A stretch of DNA of 64,000 nt from Lama glama (Eukaryota): NCBI GenBank assembly GCA_028534125.1, contig CM052816.1, forward strand, positions 26,972,001 to 27,036,000, in the 5' to 3' direction. The position numbers and the translations under genes were made by a program. The notes beneath the pieces are model-generated. The model was not told the DNA's origin. It worked only from the letters and a program-made list of their open reading frames with translations, and did no database searches. Position 1 is the first letter of the stretch. Each line of letters opens with the position of its first letter. Positions 1-13,600 of this stretch are shown one piece after another.

Positions 1-3000
1 GTGAGCCATTTTAATACCTCAAAAAGTATATCAGTAATATATTTATCTGAAATAACGTAAATATATTAACAATTAAATACATAAACAGGTTTTTTTTTAC
101 CCCATTTTACCATGGTAAACCATGGTAGCCAGAGGAAGGAAAATAGACTACCAATGCTGAACAGACTATAGATGATCCTAACATAACAAACTAAATGCTC
201 AAATGTAACTTTAGGCTGTTAAGATTGCTAGTTATTTAGCCTTAAAAAAAAAAAGAAACCATTGAGCAGTGTAAGACAATTAAGAAAGTATATCAAAGCG
301 AGGAGGTATGAGATCTTTAATCTGCAAACAAGCAAAACAACAAGGAGCAAACAAAACAAAAAGAAACCCAAAAATCTATGAAAAAGGTACTGTTATTGGC
401 AAGAAATCCACAGACAAAAAAACTGAAAGACATAGTAACTTTGAGACAGCAGTACAGATAAAGTCATTGTCAATCACATTCTACTTCACTGATACAAGGT
501 ATTGTTCTTTACAAAGACTGACAGGCTGTTTCAAAAAATAGTAGATCTCAAAATAGGAAAAGCTAAATATGATCTAAATAGCTAGTATGGAGGGGGGAAA
601 GTAAAATAAATAGGTAAAGGGAGAGAGAAGGGAGGAGGGGCAAGATGTGGGTAAGGGATTAACAGGTACAAACTATTATATATGAAATAAATAAGCTACA
701 AGAATGTATAGTACAGCATAGGGAGCACAGTCAAGATTTTATAATAACTATAAATGGAGTATAACCTTCAAAAATTGTGCATCACTATGTTGCACACCTG
801 AAACTTACATAACTATATATCAACTATATCTCAATAAAAAAAATTAAAAATTTCTTTAAAAAGAAGGATAGAGATTTAGGTTCAGTACAGCAAAATATAG
901 TTTGCCTTAAATTCTCCCCATGACTTGTTTATTTTAGCAAAAGTAAACGAATACACTACAAATTAACAATGACTAATTAAAACTACACCTAAATGTTTCA
1001 GAAAATGCCCCACAGATACTAAGTACAAAGATTAACATTTCCCTGGAAGAGATCCTTTGAGGATTAAGTATAAATTGATTACGTCAACATTAGCTAAGTA
1101 ATATTTCATTCATTGAACTTAGATTTGGTATCATTTGCTGAAAAGCATAAGTGAAATAAGCTAAGTTACCTGGCAGAAAAAGTTCTAAAAGTCTAGGACA
1201 ATTTCAACATTGGCAATTTGCTCACCCTCACTTATTCCTCCAGGACAGTTTTCTAATGTGTGTGTTCGGATTTAACAAATGGTTGGAAGGTGCTCTGTAG
1301 TCACCCGTATTTGGTGAACATTTTGTAAGTAAGCTAATAACAGTAATACACGTCACACTTGAAGTTTTACTGATACCACTTCTGACATAATAATATTTGA
1401 AATGCTACCCCAAACACATTAGCATACATACCAATACAATCTAACCTCCTTATGGTTTTACAACCAAAATGGCTAAATCTCTAGAGCAATACCTATAGTT
1501 TCTCCTCTGATACAGGTCTTAGAACACCTAATGATGTCCTTATTGAAATGCAGTTAAGTTTAAGATAAAAGATAAAGCATAAGAAGTGTTTGTAGAAAAC
1601 AAAACAAACAGATGACTATTTCTATTGCTCAGTGTGTCTCTCCTCAAAAACAAAACCAAAAACAAAAAAACTGACATTGATCATATTTGAATCAAAATAT
1701 TTAGTACAGGTCATGCTAGGTAGACTAAAACATGAAAAAAGACTTCTAATTAAGCTTAGTGGGCAGATATCATTGTACTGTCCTCATGTGGCAAACTGCC
1801 TGGGCACACTGTAAACAAGAAAACCCTCTTTCCTAATACACACATACTCACACAGAGTTCTCAGAATTTTAGCATAGTCATTGACATAAAATCCTGAGAA
1901 TTAAAGGTGAAAGAGTCCTTAATAAAAGGGCTAATCCAAGTGTCCTATGTACAACCCTATACTATTAGAGGAACAGGCACAATTTTAGACTAGTACCTAC
2001 TTAGTAGAGAAAGAACTTATGTTGTCTTTCAGACTAAAATACAAATGCCATGAAAAAACTTTTAAGGACTGCCTGGAAAAAAGTCCATGAAAGAAAATAA
2101 AAAGAATTATTACAACTTTAATTAACTGTGATTTTTACTCTAAGTTGTTAGGTAGCTACAAAAAAGGTGGGGGGATATGATTGGTGTTTGGTGTCATACA
2201 TTAAATTTTCAGACATGAATTCATAAAATACATGAATTCATCTGCAGTGAAAACTTTTCACATAATCAATAGGAAATTATATAGACCTTTATAATGGAGG
2301 ATTGCCTATTTAAACACTTGCATGAAAAAAACAAGATGGTTTAAATATTCAACCACTACAAAAGTGGAGGACATGCTATTAAATTTTAACTCAATCAAAG
2401 CCAATTTAGGTGAATTAAGCTCTTAAACAAAAAGATTTACTGTATTAAATATTTGTGTCATTAATTCTAAGGGAGATTTTGCCTTTTAATATTTAAACAT
2501 TAATTTGTACCTAAATTTTAATTTTTTATAAGTTAGAATGGATTCCACCAAATCCTACCTTCACATCAAAAATAAATTCCTCAAGCATTAATTTACTCAC
2601 CTAAAACTGAATCAACATGGAACAAGTGGTAAATACTGAAGCATTTTGTGAAAACAGATTTCAAACACAGATTACAAATAAAGTGATTTTTAAATCCAGA
2701 ATTTACTTTTGCTTTGTGACTACTTATAAGTAATGAAGAATACAATTGCTGCTATTTTTCAAAGTATGAATGCCAAAACCATCAGTTTGAGCCTAAGTAC
2801 CAATCAAAATAATAAAATTATAATGTGATTTATTTCAAATGCTTAAAACCAGAAAGGGCCACATTTGTGCTCCTCTTTAACAGTCTTTATTTTTCACAAA
2901 GCAGTCTAACTGAAATTTCCTATTCTGCTAAGTCATTAACAAGAACAGCTGCTACTCATAGTTTACACAAAATGTCAGCTATGCTTTAGAAAATATTTTC

Positions 3001-3059
3001 TAATCAGACATGTTCTACAACAGACAATTAGTAAAATGAATAAAGATATTTACAATTAC
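1..3059 (-). other. SNX2: SNX2 intron 2 (partial, runs off the window)
   Basis: Starts at the GT after exon 2; no further SNX2 coding sequence recognised before position 1. Confidence 0.8.
615..850 (+). mobile_element. L1 3' UTR fragment (L1MA9 / laurasiatherian type) with A-rich tail
   Basis: GGTACAAACTATTATATATGAAATAAATAAGCTACAAG...CACACCTGAAAC...ATCAACTATATCTCAATAAAAA. Confidence 0.8.
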
Positions 3060-3177
3060 CTGCAAAAAGATCTTCTCTGTCATCATCTAGTACAACTTCT
3101 GCAGGTTTTGGGCCATTGGAGTTCGTACTAACATCTTCTGCAAGAAGACTAGCAGGTTCTGGAGATGATGGACTTGA
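3060..3177 (-). CDS. SNX2: Sorting nexin 2, coding exon 2 (SSPSSPEPASLLAEDVSTNSNGPKPAEVVLDDDREDLFA + 1 nt)
   Basis: Acceptor TTTTTTTAACAG (AG at 3179-3178) and donor G|GTAATT at 3060/3059. 118 nt, in frame with exon 1, continuing the recalled human SNX2 sequence SSPSSPEPASLPAEDISANSNGPKPTEVVLDDDREDLFAE. Not in the ORF track. Confidence 0.96.
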
Positions 3178-3789
3178 CTGTTAAAAAAACAATAATTGAT
3201 AACAGATTGGCATGTTTGTCTGCTATAATTATGTCCTTATACACTACAGAAATAGAGCATTCTCTTCATATGAAAGGAAGAAAGAACAAGATCAGCTATT
3301 TATGGTTCCTCCTGTGAAGGTAAGCATGAATCAAAAACACACTTTTACTTGTCTTCTCCTTTCTTAACAAAGTCACTTAAGATTTAATAAAGAAAATCTT
3401 TTCTAATCATCCAGTTAGGGAAACTAATTTATCATGTTGAATTATAATTAATAAAAACAAGATTTAATTATTTATATAGCATATAATATTGATTATGATA
3501 TAATAGTAAAAATCAGATTTTGAAAACATACTGCATGAATAAGAAGTTCAAAATGCCGCTTTACTATAAGAGGAAGGTTTAACATTTTAAATTACAACTA
3601 TAATTATTCTAAAATTTCTATAGTTTCAAACTAAAAATGTGCCTTCATCAAACATTTATATTTCAACTAAGCAAAGGGACTATTTTTGTACTTCTTAAAG
3701 CACAATGACCAGGATAATGGAAACAAGATTGTAAAGCTTTTAGTTTTATCATAGTTTTCTTACAGTATGTTAAAACCAATACTCCTTTA

Positions 3790-4790
3790 AAAAAAAAAAG
3801 TTGTACATGTCAAAAGTGCACAGCTAGATACTTTCACAAATCCATAGCTGTGTAACCAGCACCCAGATCAAGAAAGAATATTACCATCAACTCCAGAAGC
3901 TGCACTCATGCAACTTCCCATTCTTTACCCTCTCCCCACCCAGATTTCTAGAAAACAACATGAATTAGTTTTTCCTGGTTTTGCTCTTCAGAGAAATGGG
4001 ATTATACGGAATATATTTTTTTGTGTTTGGTTTTTGTATTTAATGTCATGAATATGAGATTCTTCCATTTGTTGCATGCAGTAAGTAAGACACTCGTTCT
4101 CACTGCTGTAAACAGTCCACTATATAAATATACCATAACTGATCCATTCTATTCTTGATAGGCATTTGGGTGTTATTGGTATTTTTTTTTACCACTACCA
4201 ATAGTGCTGTATGAACTTTTTAATATATGTATCTTTTAGCAAACATGTTAACAAATTTCTGTTTGTTATGTACATTGGAGTGGAACAGCTGGATCACAGA
4301 GTAGGTGAATGCTCTGCTTTAGAAGATATCACCAATCTTCTAAAGTAGTTGTATAATTTACACTCCCAACAGTAATATATGAAAATTTCAGTAGCTTCAC
4401 ATCCTTGTCAACACTCTAATATATTTCATCTTTTTCATTTCAGCTATTATGGAGGATGCAGAGTGTATCTTACTGAGGTTTAAATTTGCACTTCACTGAT
4501 AAATGATGATGAGCAATCTTTCATATGTTTAACAGACAATTTGATATTCTCTTTTGTGAAGGGTCTCTTCAAGTATTTTGCCCAGTTTTTCTTTCATTCT
4601 TACTGATCTGTAGGAGTTCTTTGTATACTCTGGATACAAGCTCTTTGTTACGTATGTATCATAACTAAGTATTTTCTCCAAGTCTCTATCTTGCTTTTCC
4701 ACTTTCTTAACGGCAGACTTTGATGAACAGAAGTTCTTAATCTTAGTAAGAGTAAATTATCATTTTTTTGTTTTACTGTTAGTAAACTTT
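3790..4790 (-). mobile_element. Ancient L1 (L1MD/L1ME-like) 3' end
   Basis: Reverse-strand L1 3' UTR and ORF2-end motifs (GTAACCAGCACCCAGATCAAG, CACTCCCAACAG, ACATCCTTGTCAACAC, TTTGATGAACAGAAGTTCTTAA). Confidence 0.75.
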
Positions 4791-5393
4791 TTGTAGGACA
4801 AATAATCTTTTAAGGCCGCTCCTAATTGACAAGATTTTTTCATCAGCTTTTTGAGTAGATTATCCTTTGGCATGAAGACATTTCTTTAGAGCTTTCAAAA
4901 ACAGTTTAAATTCCTTATGAGAAAACTTAAAGGAGAGGCTTTCTTTTCTCTCAGGAGCTCATTCTTACAGACCCAAACTCTCACAGAAGTGGACCTACCT
5001 CTATTTATTGAAATTTAAAAACAAATAAGCTTTTATTATAAGCTTTTTCTAGATGTTCCTGACAATCTCAATCTCATCTCTAGCTGAATCTGGTTAGCTG
5101 AGTGGTAGATACACTCCCATTGCATTTCTATTTCTTCTGTCATAATTTGTTACCAAATTACAGTTACCTGCTTATAGACTACAAACTCATAAAAAGAGTT
5201 CTTCTGGAGACTATCTTTCCTTGTTTATTTCTTTTTACCAGTTCATGGCAACAAACACTCAATGACTATCTTTTAATTAAAATCTAAGAAAATAATTATG
5301 AGTACGTCTAAGAACTGGTCAGTCAGGTTGTCTACAATACTGAAAAGTTTGAAATACCCTAAAATACATCTACATAAAAATGTAGCAGAGTGG

Positions 5394-7650
5394 TTCCAAC
5401 ACCCATTCATAATAAAAGCCCTCAGTAAACTAGAAATACAAGGGAAACTCCTCAACTTAAAGAGTATTTACATAAAATCTACGGTGAACATCATACTTAA
5501 TAATGAGAAACTCAGAGCCTTCCCACTAAGATCAGGAAAAGGGTAAGGATGTGTCCTTTTGCCATTGCTTTTCAATATCGTACTGAAAGACCTAGCCAAT
5601 GCAGTAATACAAGAATAGGAAATAAAAGGTATACAGACAAGGAAGAAATTAAACTCTTCACAGATGAAGAATCCAGAAGAATCAACAAAAAAGCCTCCCA
5701 GAACTAATAAGCAATTACAGCAAAGTTGCAGGATACAAGGTTAATATATAAAAGTTCATTACTTTTCTATATACTATCAACAAACAAATAGCTTGAAGTA
5801 AAAAAAAAAAATTTTACATCAGCATCCAAAACAACTAAATACTTAAGTATTAGGCCTAACAAAATACATACAATATATATATGAGGAAAACTAGAACACT
5901 CTGATAAACACAATTTAAAAAGAACTAAATAAATGACAGAAATAACCCATGCTTATGAACAGGAAGACTCAATACTGTCAAGATGTCAGTTCTTCTCAAC
6001 TTGATCTATCGATTCAATGCAATCCCAATCAAAATCCCAACAAGTTATTTTGTGGTTATTGATAAAATGATGTTAAAGTTTATATGGAATAGACAACACA
6101 TTACTGAAGGAGAATTAGTGGATAGACTGAAGCTACCTGACTTTAAGACTTACCATAAGGCTACAGTAAGCAATACGATGTGGTATTGGTGAAAGAATAG
6201 ATTAATGGGATAAAATAGAATGCCCAGAAATAGATCTACATAATATAGCCAACTGATCTTTGACAAAGGATTAAAGGCAATATACCAGGGGAAAAAAAAG
6301 TCTCTTCAATGAATAGTCCTGGAACAACTGGAAATCTACAGGCAAAATAAGAACTTAGACACAGACCTTATACCCTTTATAAAGATTAATTCAAAATAGA
6401 TCACAGACCTAAATGTAAAGCACAAAAGTATAAAACTCCTAGAAAACAACACAGGAGAAAATCTAGATAACTTCAAGTTTCATGAGTTTCTAGATAGAAA
6501 AAAGGCACAATCCATGAAAGAAAGACTTGGTAAGCAGACAGACTTCATTAAAATAAAAATTTTCTGCTCTATGAAAGATACTGTCAAGAAAATGGAAAAA
6601 CAAGCTGGGAGAAAATATTTGCAGAAAACACAGGTGATAAAGCACTGTTACCCAAAATATAAAACAAACTTTTAAAATTGAACAATTAGAAAATGAACAA
6701 CCCAAGTAAAAAAGAGGCCAAAATTCTTAACAGACAGTTTACCATAGATATTCACATGGCAAATAACCATATGAAAAGAAACTCCACATCATATGTCAAC
6801 AGAGAAAGGCAAATTAAAACAATGAGATACCACTATACCTTGTGGTGGTACGCACTACATACCTACTAAAACAGCCAAAATCTGGAACAATGAGAACATC
6901 AAATGGTGATGAGGATGTGGACCAACAGGAACTCTCATACACTGCTGGTGGGAATGCAAAGTGGTACAGCCACTTTGAAAGACAGTTTGGTAGCACATTT
7001 ATAAGATAAACATAGTCTTACTATATGTTCGAGCAATCGTGCTCCTTAGCATTCATCCATAGGAGTTGAAAACTTATGGTCACACAAAAACATGCACATA
7101 ATACTTACAGCACCATTGCCAAAATCTGGAAGCAAGAAAGATCTTCTTTAATTGGGTGAATGGGTAAATAAACTATGGTATAATCCAGACAACAGAATAT
7201 CATTTAGACTAAAAGGAAATGAGCTATATAGCCATGAAAAGACAGAGGAAACCTAACTGCATATTACTAAGTGGAAGAAGCCAGTCTGAAAAGGCTACAT
7301 ATTGTGTGATTCCAACTATATGACACTATGGAAAAGGCAAAACTATGGAGATAGTAAAAACACCAGTAGATTGAGGGAAGGGAGGAATGATAGGCAGAGC
7401 ACAGAGGATTTTTAGAGTAGTGAAACTACTCTGTATGATATTTTAACAGTAGACACATGTCACTATACATCTGTTCAAACCCAGAGAATATACACCACCA
7501 CTTATAACAAATGTGTCACTGTAGTGGAAGATGTTGATGATGAAGGATAACACATGTGTAAGGGAAGTATATGGGAAACCTCTGTAAACTTCCAATCAAT
7601 TTTGGTGTGAACTTAAAACTGCTCTAAAAAGTAAAGTTTATTTTTCAAAA
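5394..7650 (+). mobile_element. 5'-truncated L1MC1-like LINE with 12-bp TSD
   Basis: ORF2 remnants (FQHPFIIKALSKL...[20 protein letters not shown]...WYW) and an L1MC1-type 3' UTR (GCAGAGCACAGAGGATTTTTAG...GAACTTAAAACTGCTCTAAAAA). Direct repeat GTAGCAGAGTGG at 5382-5393 and 7657-7668. Confidence 0.88.
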
Positions 7651-7763
7651 CACATAGTAGCAGAGTGGCATTTATTGACAGAAAAATGCCTGTAATGTCA
7701 ATATGTAAAAAAATTACACACATGATCTAATTTCCTGACAATATTCATCAATAATAAGTGTTT

Positions 7764-7975
7764 CCATTTGCAAATGTTAGCCACTGCATATATAAATAGA
7801 TTAAAAAATTTCTTCTGTATAGCACAGGGAACTATATTCAATATCTTGTAATAACCTTTAATGAAAAAGAATACGAAAATGAATATATGTATGTATATGC
7901 ATGACTGGGACATTGTGCTGTACATCAGAACTGACACATTGTAACTGACTATACTTCAAATGAATAAAGAAAGAA
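7764..7975 (+). mobile_element. Short camelid-type L1 3' terminal fragment
   Basis: CTGTATAGCACAGGGAACTATATTCAATATCTTGTAATAACC...GACACATTGTAACTGACTATACTTCAA followed by an A-rich tail. Confidence 0.8.
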
Positions 7976-7985
7976 ATGTTTTCTG

Positions 7986-8347
7986 CAGTTGGCCCTCTGC
8001 ATCTGTGGGGTCCAACAGATTCAGCCAACTGCAGATTGAAAATATTAAAAAAAATATATAGTGAATTCCAGAAAGTTCCAAAAAGCAAAACTTGAACTTG
8101 CCACAAGCCAGCAATTAATTACACAGTATTGCACTGTATTTGCAATTGATACAACATATACATTGAAATACATATTATAAGTAATCTAGACATGATTTAA
8201 AGTATATGGGAGGATGGACATAAGTTATATGCAAATATTACATGTATCATTTTATATATGAGACTCATATAAAAGGACTTTGGTATTGGGGAGGAGAGTG
8301 GGTCCTGGAACCAATCCCCTGTGGATACCAAGGGATAGGGACAACTG
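7986..8347. mobile_element. MER2/MER2B-like Tigger (Tc1/mariner) MITE
   Basis: Termini CAGTTG...CAACTG followed by TA; internal GGTCCTGGAACCAATCCCCTGTGGATACCAAGGGA and GTATTATAAGTAATCTAGA-like motifs. Confidence 0.8.
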
Positions 8348-8449
8348 TACTTGTCCTGAATAAAATACAGGCACTAATAAGGTCCTACACATAGCTTGTA
8401 CACTCAACTTCATTTTAAACAAAGGTTTCTATTCGTACAGTATCAAAAT

Positions 8450-8716
8450 TTCCAGGGGATCAAAACCTCTGGAATCTAGTTATGCCTGCATACTAACTTG
8501 TTAATGATTACATAATGAATTTTCTTGGGTACCAATCTTTTGCTCTATTTGGTGAGAAGTGCATCACAACTGCTATTGTACTTTTTTACCTAACCCATTT
8601 TAGTCCACTGTGACCTCCTCTGCCTGGCAAAGAAATAAAGCTGCCTTTTTTACTTCATCCAAAACTGTCCTTGAGTCTTAATTTGGTAAGGGTATGGAGG
8701 CCATGTTGTGGCAACA
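8450..8716 (+). mobile_element. ERV1-like LTR, 3' part
   Basis: AATAAAGCT...TACTTCATCCAAAACT... ending in GGCAACA resembles R/U5 ends of laurasiatherian ERV1 LTRs; 5' boundary unclear. Confidence 0.5.
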
Positions 8717-8995
8717 TACCAACCCAAAAATCTATAAACAGCAAAAATATCCTTCAGGAATAAGGATGAAATAAAGAGTTTTCAGATGAACTACAAATAA
8801 AATAATTCATCATCAAAAGACTTTGTCTAAAAAAATGCTAATGGAAATTGTTTATACTGAAGAACAATGACGTAAGAGGAACACTGGATGAAGGGAAAGC
8901 AACAGAAATGCTAAATATCTGAATAACAAAAAAACTATTTTCCCTCTTTGATTCTTTAAAATATATATGACTGTTCAAATTAAAAATTGTAATAC
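8717..8995 (+). mobile_element. Ancient L1 ORF1 C-terminal fragment
   Basis: AAAATATCCTTCAGGAATAAGGATGAAATAAAGAGTTTTCAGA, homologous to 11150-11205 in this window. Confidence 0.65.
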
Positions 8996-10299
8996 AGTGC
9001 ATAGTTAGAATATATGTAGACTATTAATAACCTATATGTATTAATATAATTGGATGTTAAACTGACTATACTTCAATAAAAGTATATACTCTAAAAAAAA
9101 GTGAAGAAAACAAAACAGCTAAAATGAAACACACACAAAATTGCATGTTCATGTTTGCTAATAACTTGGATAGTCATAGTTCTCTGATACCAAAATCAGA
9201 GAAAGAAAAACTAGCATGTTTATATAACAAAAAGAATTCTTTTATCTCACAGTTCAGCACCTGAGACTAGAGGACAGAATGGGAATGCTGTGATGGTGGG
9301 CAAGTCAATGAGCAGTCACTCACTAAAGGCCTTCAGGACTCATTTATCTCTGCCTCTGTCTCTCCATGTCTCTTTCAGTTCCTAGTGAGTGCAAGAAGAG
9401 CGGTTCTCCACCGGAAGGAAAGTAGAAAGAGAATGGCTTCTGAATGAGGAAGTGATGGTGGAAGGGAACATTGACAGCTTCAGGGTGATCAAAACTATAG
9501 CTGTCTAAAACAGGCATTGAGACATCAGTATTTTAATAAAATGTATACTCTTCTTTCCTCCCCCTACATCATCATCTAGTAGTTTGCTACAGATTATTTT
9601 TACAAAAAAATTCTAAGCTTGCTAATAACTATTCAAAAACAAAAACAAAAAACAACCAAGACAAAAGAAGCCCACCTGAGCCTCTTTCTCCCACTGATTA
9701 ACATTGAAATCTCTGGACAGAATATAAAAACAATGATCTAAAAGTAAATAAGAGGTGGATTGAGGAGGGAGTCAAAAATGTGAAAAATGATCCTCACAGG
9801 GATGTGTTATTTTCTTCTCTCTCCCAGTTCCTTCTGAGTATGATGCCAATTGCAGACCTAAACTAGGAGTGTGTAAAGCAATGACCCCCTCCAGAAAAAA
9901 CCAAACAAACAAAAAACAAAAAAAACAAAAAGACATTTGTCTTTTTAACATCAAGGCCCCTACAACCAGAGAACATAGGTGGAAAATTCTTTTTTCTCTT
10001 CTCTGCCCTCAACCTTTTTCTCTCCTAACCCTACTCTCAGGCCACACCTGGTTGCTTAGCTGCATGACACGGCAATGATGAGAGCACTAGCATATAAACC
10101 CCAAGAGAAAAGCTACTTCTCTAGTCAACTGAGCCAGGAAAGGGGGACCGAGTAGTCTGAAGAGCAGGGGACAGGAAGCCTCACTAGTATCTTCTCTCCC
10201 TTCTTTCATTGCTTTTCTACAAGTGTGGCCCAAGCTGAGCTAAAGTATGTGACAATGCAGGCAGCTAAAACTCTGAGAAGCCTATGTTTCTGGGCAACA

Positions 10300-10680
10300 G
10301 CCTTAGAAGAAAGAGATGAGCATCTCTTTCCCAAGCAAAGACCAGGCTTATTTACTGTCCAGTGTAATAAAGATGATGTCTCCTCTGGAGCAAAGAACAG
10401 GCACATTTACTGCCTATTATAAATGATCTGGGTTCCCTAAGTGCAACTTCATCAGCTGTCACACAAACCAAAGGCTGGTGCAAAATCAGTCTGCCTCCTC
10501 CATCTTAATACCCTAGCAAAAGAGGGATAAGGGAAATGGTCACAAATATACTCATGCTACTTGCTATGCTTTGACTAATAAAGTCCTTTATCATGTCAAT
10601 TTTCAGCAACCATAAAATGAGTTAATTTGTTAGCTTACCAGGAGGGTAAAATTTCAGACCTTTCACAGTTCTTAAAAGAA
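10300..10680 (+). mobile_element. ERV LTR-like insert, family not determined
   Basis: AATAAAGTCCTTT followed by TTGTTAGCTTACCAGGAGGGTAAAATTTCAGACCTTTCACAGTTCTT, which I recall as an old eutherian LTR end. Confidence 0.5.
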
Positions 10681-13600
10681 GTCAGTGACTTTGAAAATAA
10701 ATCAGTAGAAAATAGCCAATCCGAGTAACAGAGAGAGGAAAAGAAATGCAGAAAAAGAACAGAATCTCAAGGAGCTGTGAAATAATATAAAAAGGACTAA
10801 CATTAATGTTACTTAAGTCCTAGAAAAAGAGTAGTCCAAAAAAATATTTCAAGAACTGATGGCTAAAAGCTTCCCAAACCTGGTAAAAGACATCCATTTA
10901 CAGATTCAGAAACAAGCAAACTCCAAGCAGGACAACTTCAGGGAAAACTAGATGCAGCTACATCATTAAAAATGACTGAAATCTAAAGATTACAAATCCA
11001 AAATTTGAAGCAGTTTCAGAAGAACAAAAAAATTACATTTAAAGAAACCATTAGAAGGACTGAATATTTCTCATCAGAAATCAGAGACCAGATAACAGTA
11101 GCACAAAATCTTTAAAGTGCTGAGAGAAAAGAACTGTGAACACAGAATTCTATATCCAGCAAAAACATCCTTTAGGAACAAAGGTGAATTAAAGTTACTC
11201 TCAGATTTAAAGAAAACTATAGGAATCTGCCAACACTAGGTCAGCTCTTAAAAAAAAGGGGGGGCTAAGACAAGTTATTTAGCCTGAAGAGATATAAGAA
11301 AATAAGAAAAACCCAGACCTTCAGGAATAAAGGAAGAGCCACAGAAATGTAACTCGTGGAATGTAACAGACCATTTTTCTTCTCAAGTTATTTAAAATGG
11401 CCAAAACTATGAAAGCAAAAATTATAACACTGCCTGGCTTTCAAAGTTTTCAATGTATGGAGATGTAACACATGTGAGAACTATAACACAAAGGAAGAGA
11501 GGTAAACGGACCTATATGGTTGTAAAGCTCTGCATTTTATTTGGAGATGTACAATATTAACTCTAATTGGATCATAAATGGTTAGGTATACATTTCCTTC
11601 TGTTTTTAGAGAAAAACAGTAAACAAGTAAAATCTACTCCAACCACACCAATATTCACATTAAATGTAAATATTCTAAACACACCAATTAGAAGACAGAG
11701 GTGTCCAGATCGAATATAAAAATAACAATACACAACAAAAACCTACTTTAAAGACAGGTAAGTTGAAAGCAAAGCAATTGGAAAAATAGGTCACGCAAAC
11801 AGAGTTGGAGTGCCACATTATCAATTGATAAACTTCAAAATAAGGAGTGTTACCAGCAATAAAGAGGAGTATCACATGATAAAAGATCAATTTACCAGGA
11901 AATTGTAACAATACTAAATATCTGTTTCTAACAACAGAGCTTCAACAGCTATGAAGGAAAAACTGAAAAGGAGAAATAAAAAATTAAAAATCTACAATTA
12001 CTTAGAGACGTCAAAACTCTCTTCACTTGACAGAATAGACACCTAACAAGGGAAGACAGAGAAGACATGCAAAATACTATGAACTTGACTTAACATTTAG
12101 AGAATACTTTAACAATAACATCAGACTCTACAATAACATCAGACTATACTTTTTTTTCAAGCGTACACAGAGTATTCACCATAATAGATCACATTCTAGG
12201 CCATGAGACAAACCTTAACAAATTTAAAAGAACTGAAATTATAAAACATTCTCTGCTTATAATCAAATTAAGCTAGAAATCGGTAACAGAAAGCCACCTA
12301 GAAAATCCTCATTTTGGAAATGAACACACTTCTAATTAACCTACAGGTCAAAAAGGTAGTCACAAGGGAAATTAGAAAATAGTTTAAACTGACTGAAAAC
12401 AAAACACAATATCAAAATTTGTAAGATGAAGCTAAAGAGGTATTTACAAAGAAATATATAGCTAAATACTAGTACCCCCCCAAAAAAAGGCTAAAATCAA
12501 TGATTCAAGCTTCTATTTAACAAAACAGAAGAACAAATTAAACAGAAAGGAAATTAATGAAATTAAAAAACAAAACAGAACCCCCCCAAAAAAACACATG
12601 AAGAAATCAGGAAACCAAAAGCTGATTCTTTGAAAAGATGGTAGTAAAATGACACACCTTAGGAAGATTAAAATAAATGAATAAATAAGCAAACAAGGAG
12701 ATGACATACATTACCAGTATCAGGAATGAAAAAGAAGGAGCATTACTCATAGACCCCACAGATATGGTAATAGCATAATGGAGTATTACAAAAAAACCTA
12801 TGCCCATAAATTTCATAACTTATAGTGAATGGACAAATTCCTTAGAAGTTACATACAACCAAAGTTCACCAAAAAGAAACACTTCTCTATCTATCAAAGA
12901 TACTGAATTTGTAGCTTAAGATCTTCCAAAAACAAAACTATATATTCAGATGATTTCACTAGCAAATTCTGTCAACATTTAAGGAAAACAAGACTAATTC
13001 CATACAACTTCTTCAATAATACAGACAAGGAGGAAACACTTTCCAATTCATTTAATGAGGCCAGTATTTGTTACCAAAATTAGACATTACAAAAGAAAGT
13101 AACACACAAATATCTGTCATGAACATAGACACAACAGTCTAAGGAAAATATTAGCAAATTGAATGCAGCAATATATAAAGGATAAATACATTATGAATTA
13201 TGAATATGTGGGCTTTATCCCAGGGGTTTATCAAACTAACAAAGAAAATTATACGACCATCTTATTAAATGCAGAAAAAGCATTTGCCAAAATCAACATC
13301 CATTCGTGGATACAAAATTTCAGAAAACTAGGAATAAAAGGGAATGTCTTTAACCCAATGAAGGTCATTTCTTAAAAAAATCATACTTAAGGGAGAAAGA
13401 ATGAATATTACTTTTCTATAAGCCTGAAAAGGGAAAAGATATCCACTCTCACTGCTTCTATTCAATATTATACCCTTGGTTCTACCTAATGCATTAAGGC
13501 CACAGAAAGTAAGGTACAAAGACTGGAAAGAATGAAAACCAATTACAGACAACATGACTGTCTACATAGAAAATCCCAGGGACTCTACAAAAACCTACTA

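Noticed and set aside
308..541. 77-aa Lys-rich ORF
   Set aside because: A-rich low-complexity intronic sequence antisense to SNX2; no recognisable homology.
4792..8716. One long LTR (TG at 4792 to CA at 8716) split by the L1MC1 and MER2 insertions
   Set aside because: No matching TSD, and the flanking L1 pieces are not colinear; only the 3' LTR-like end is supportable.
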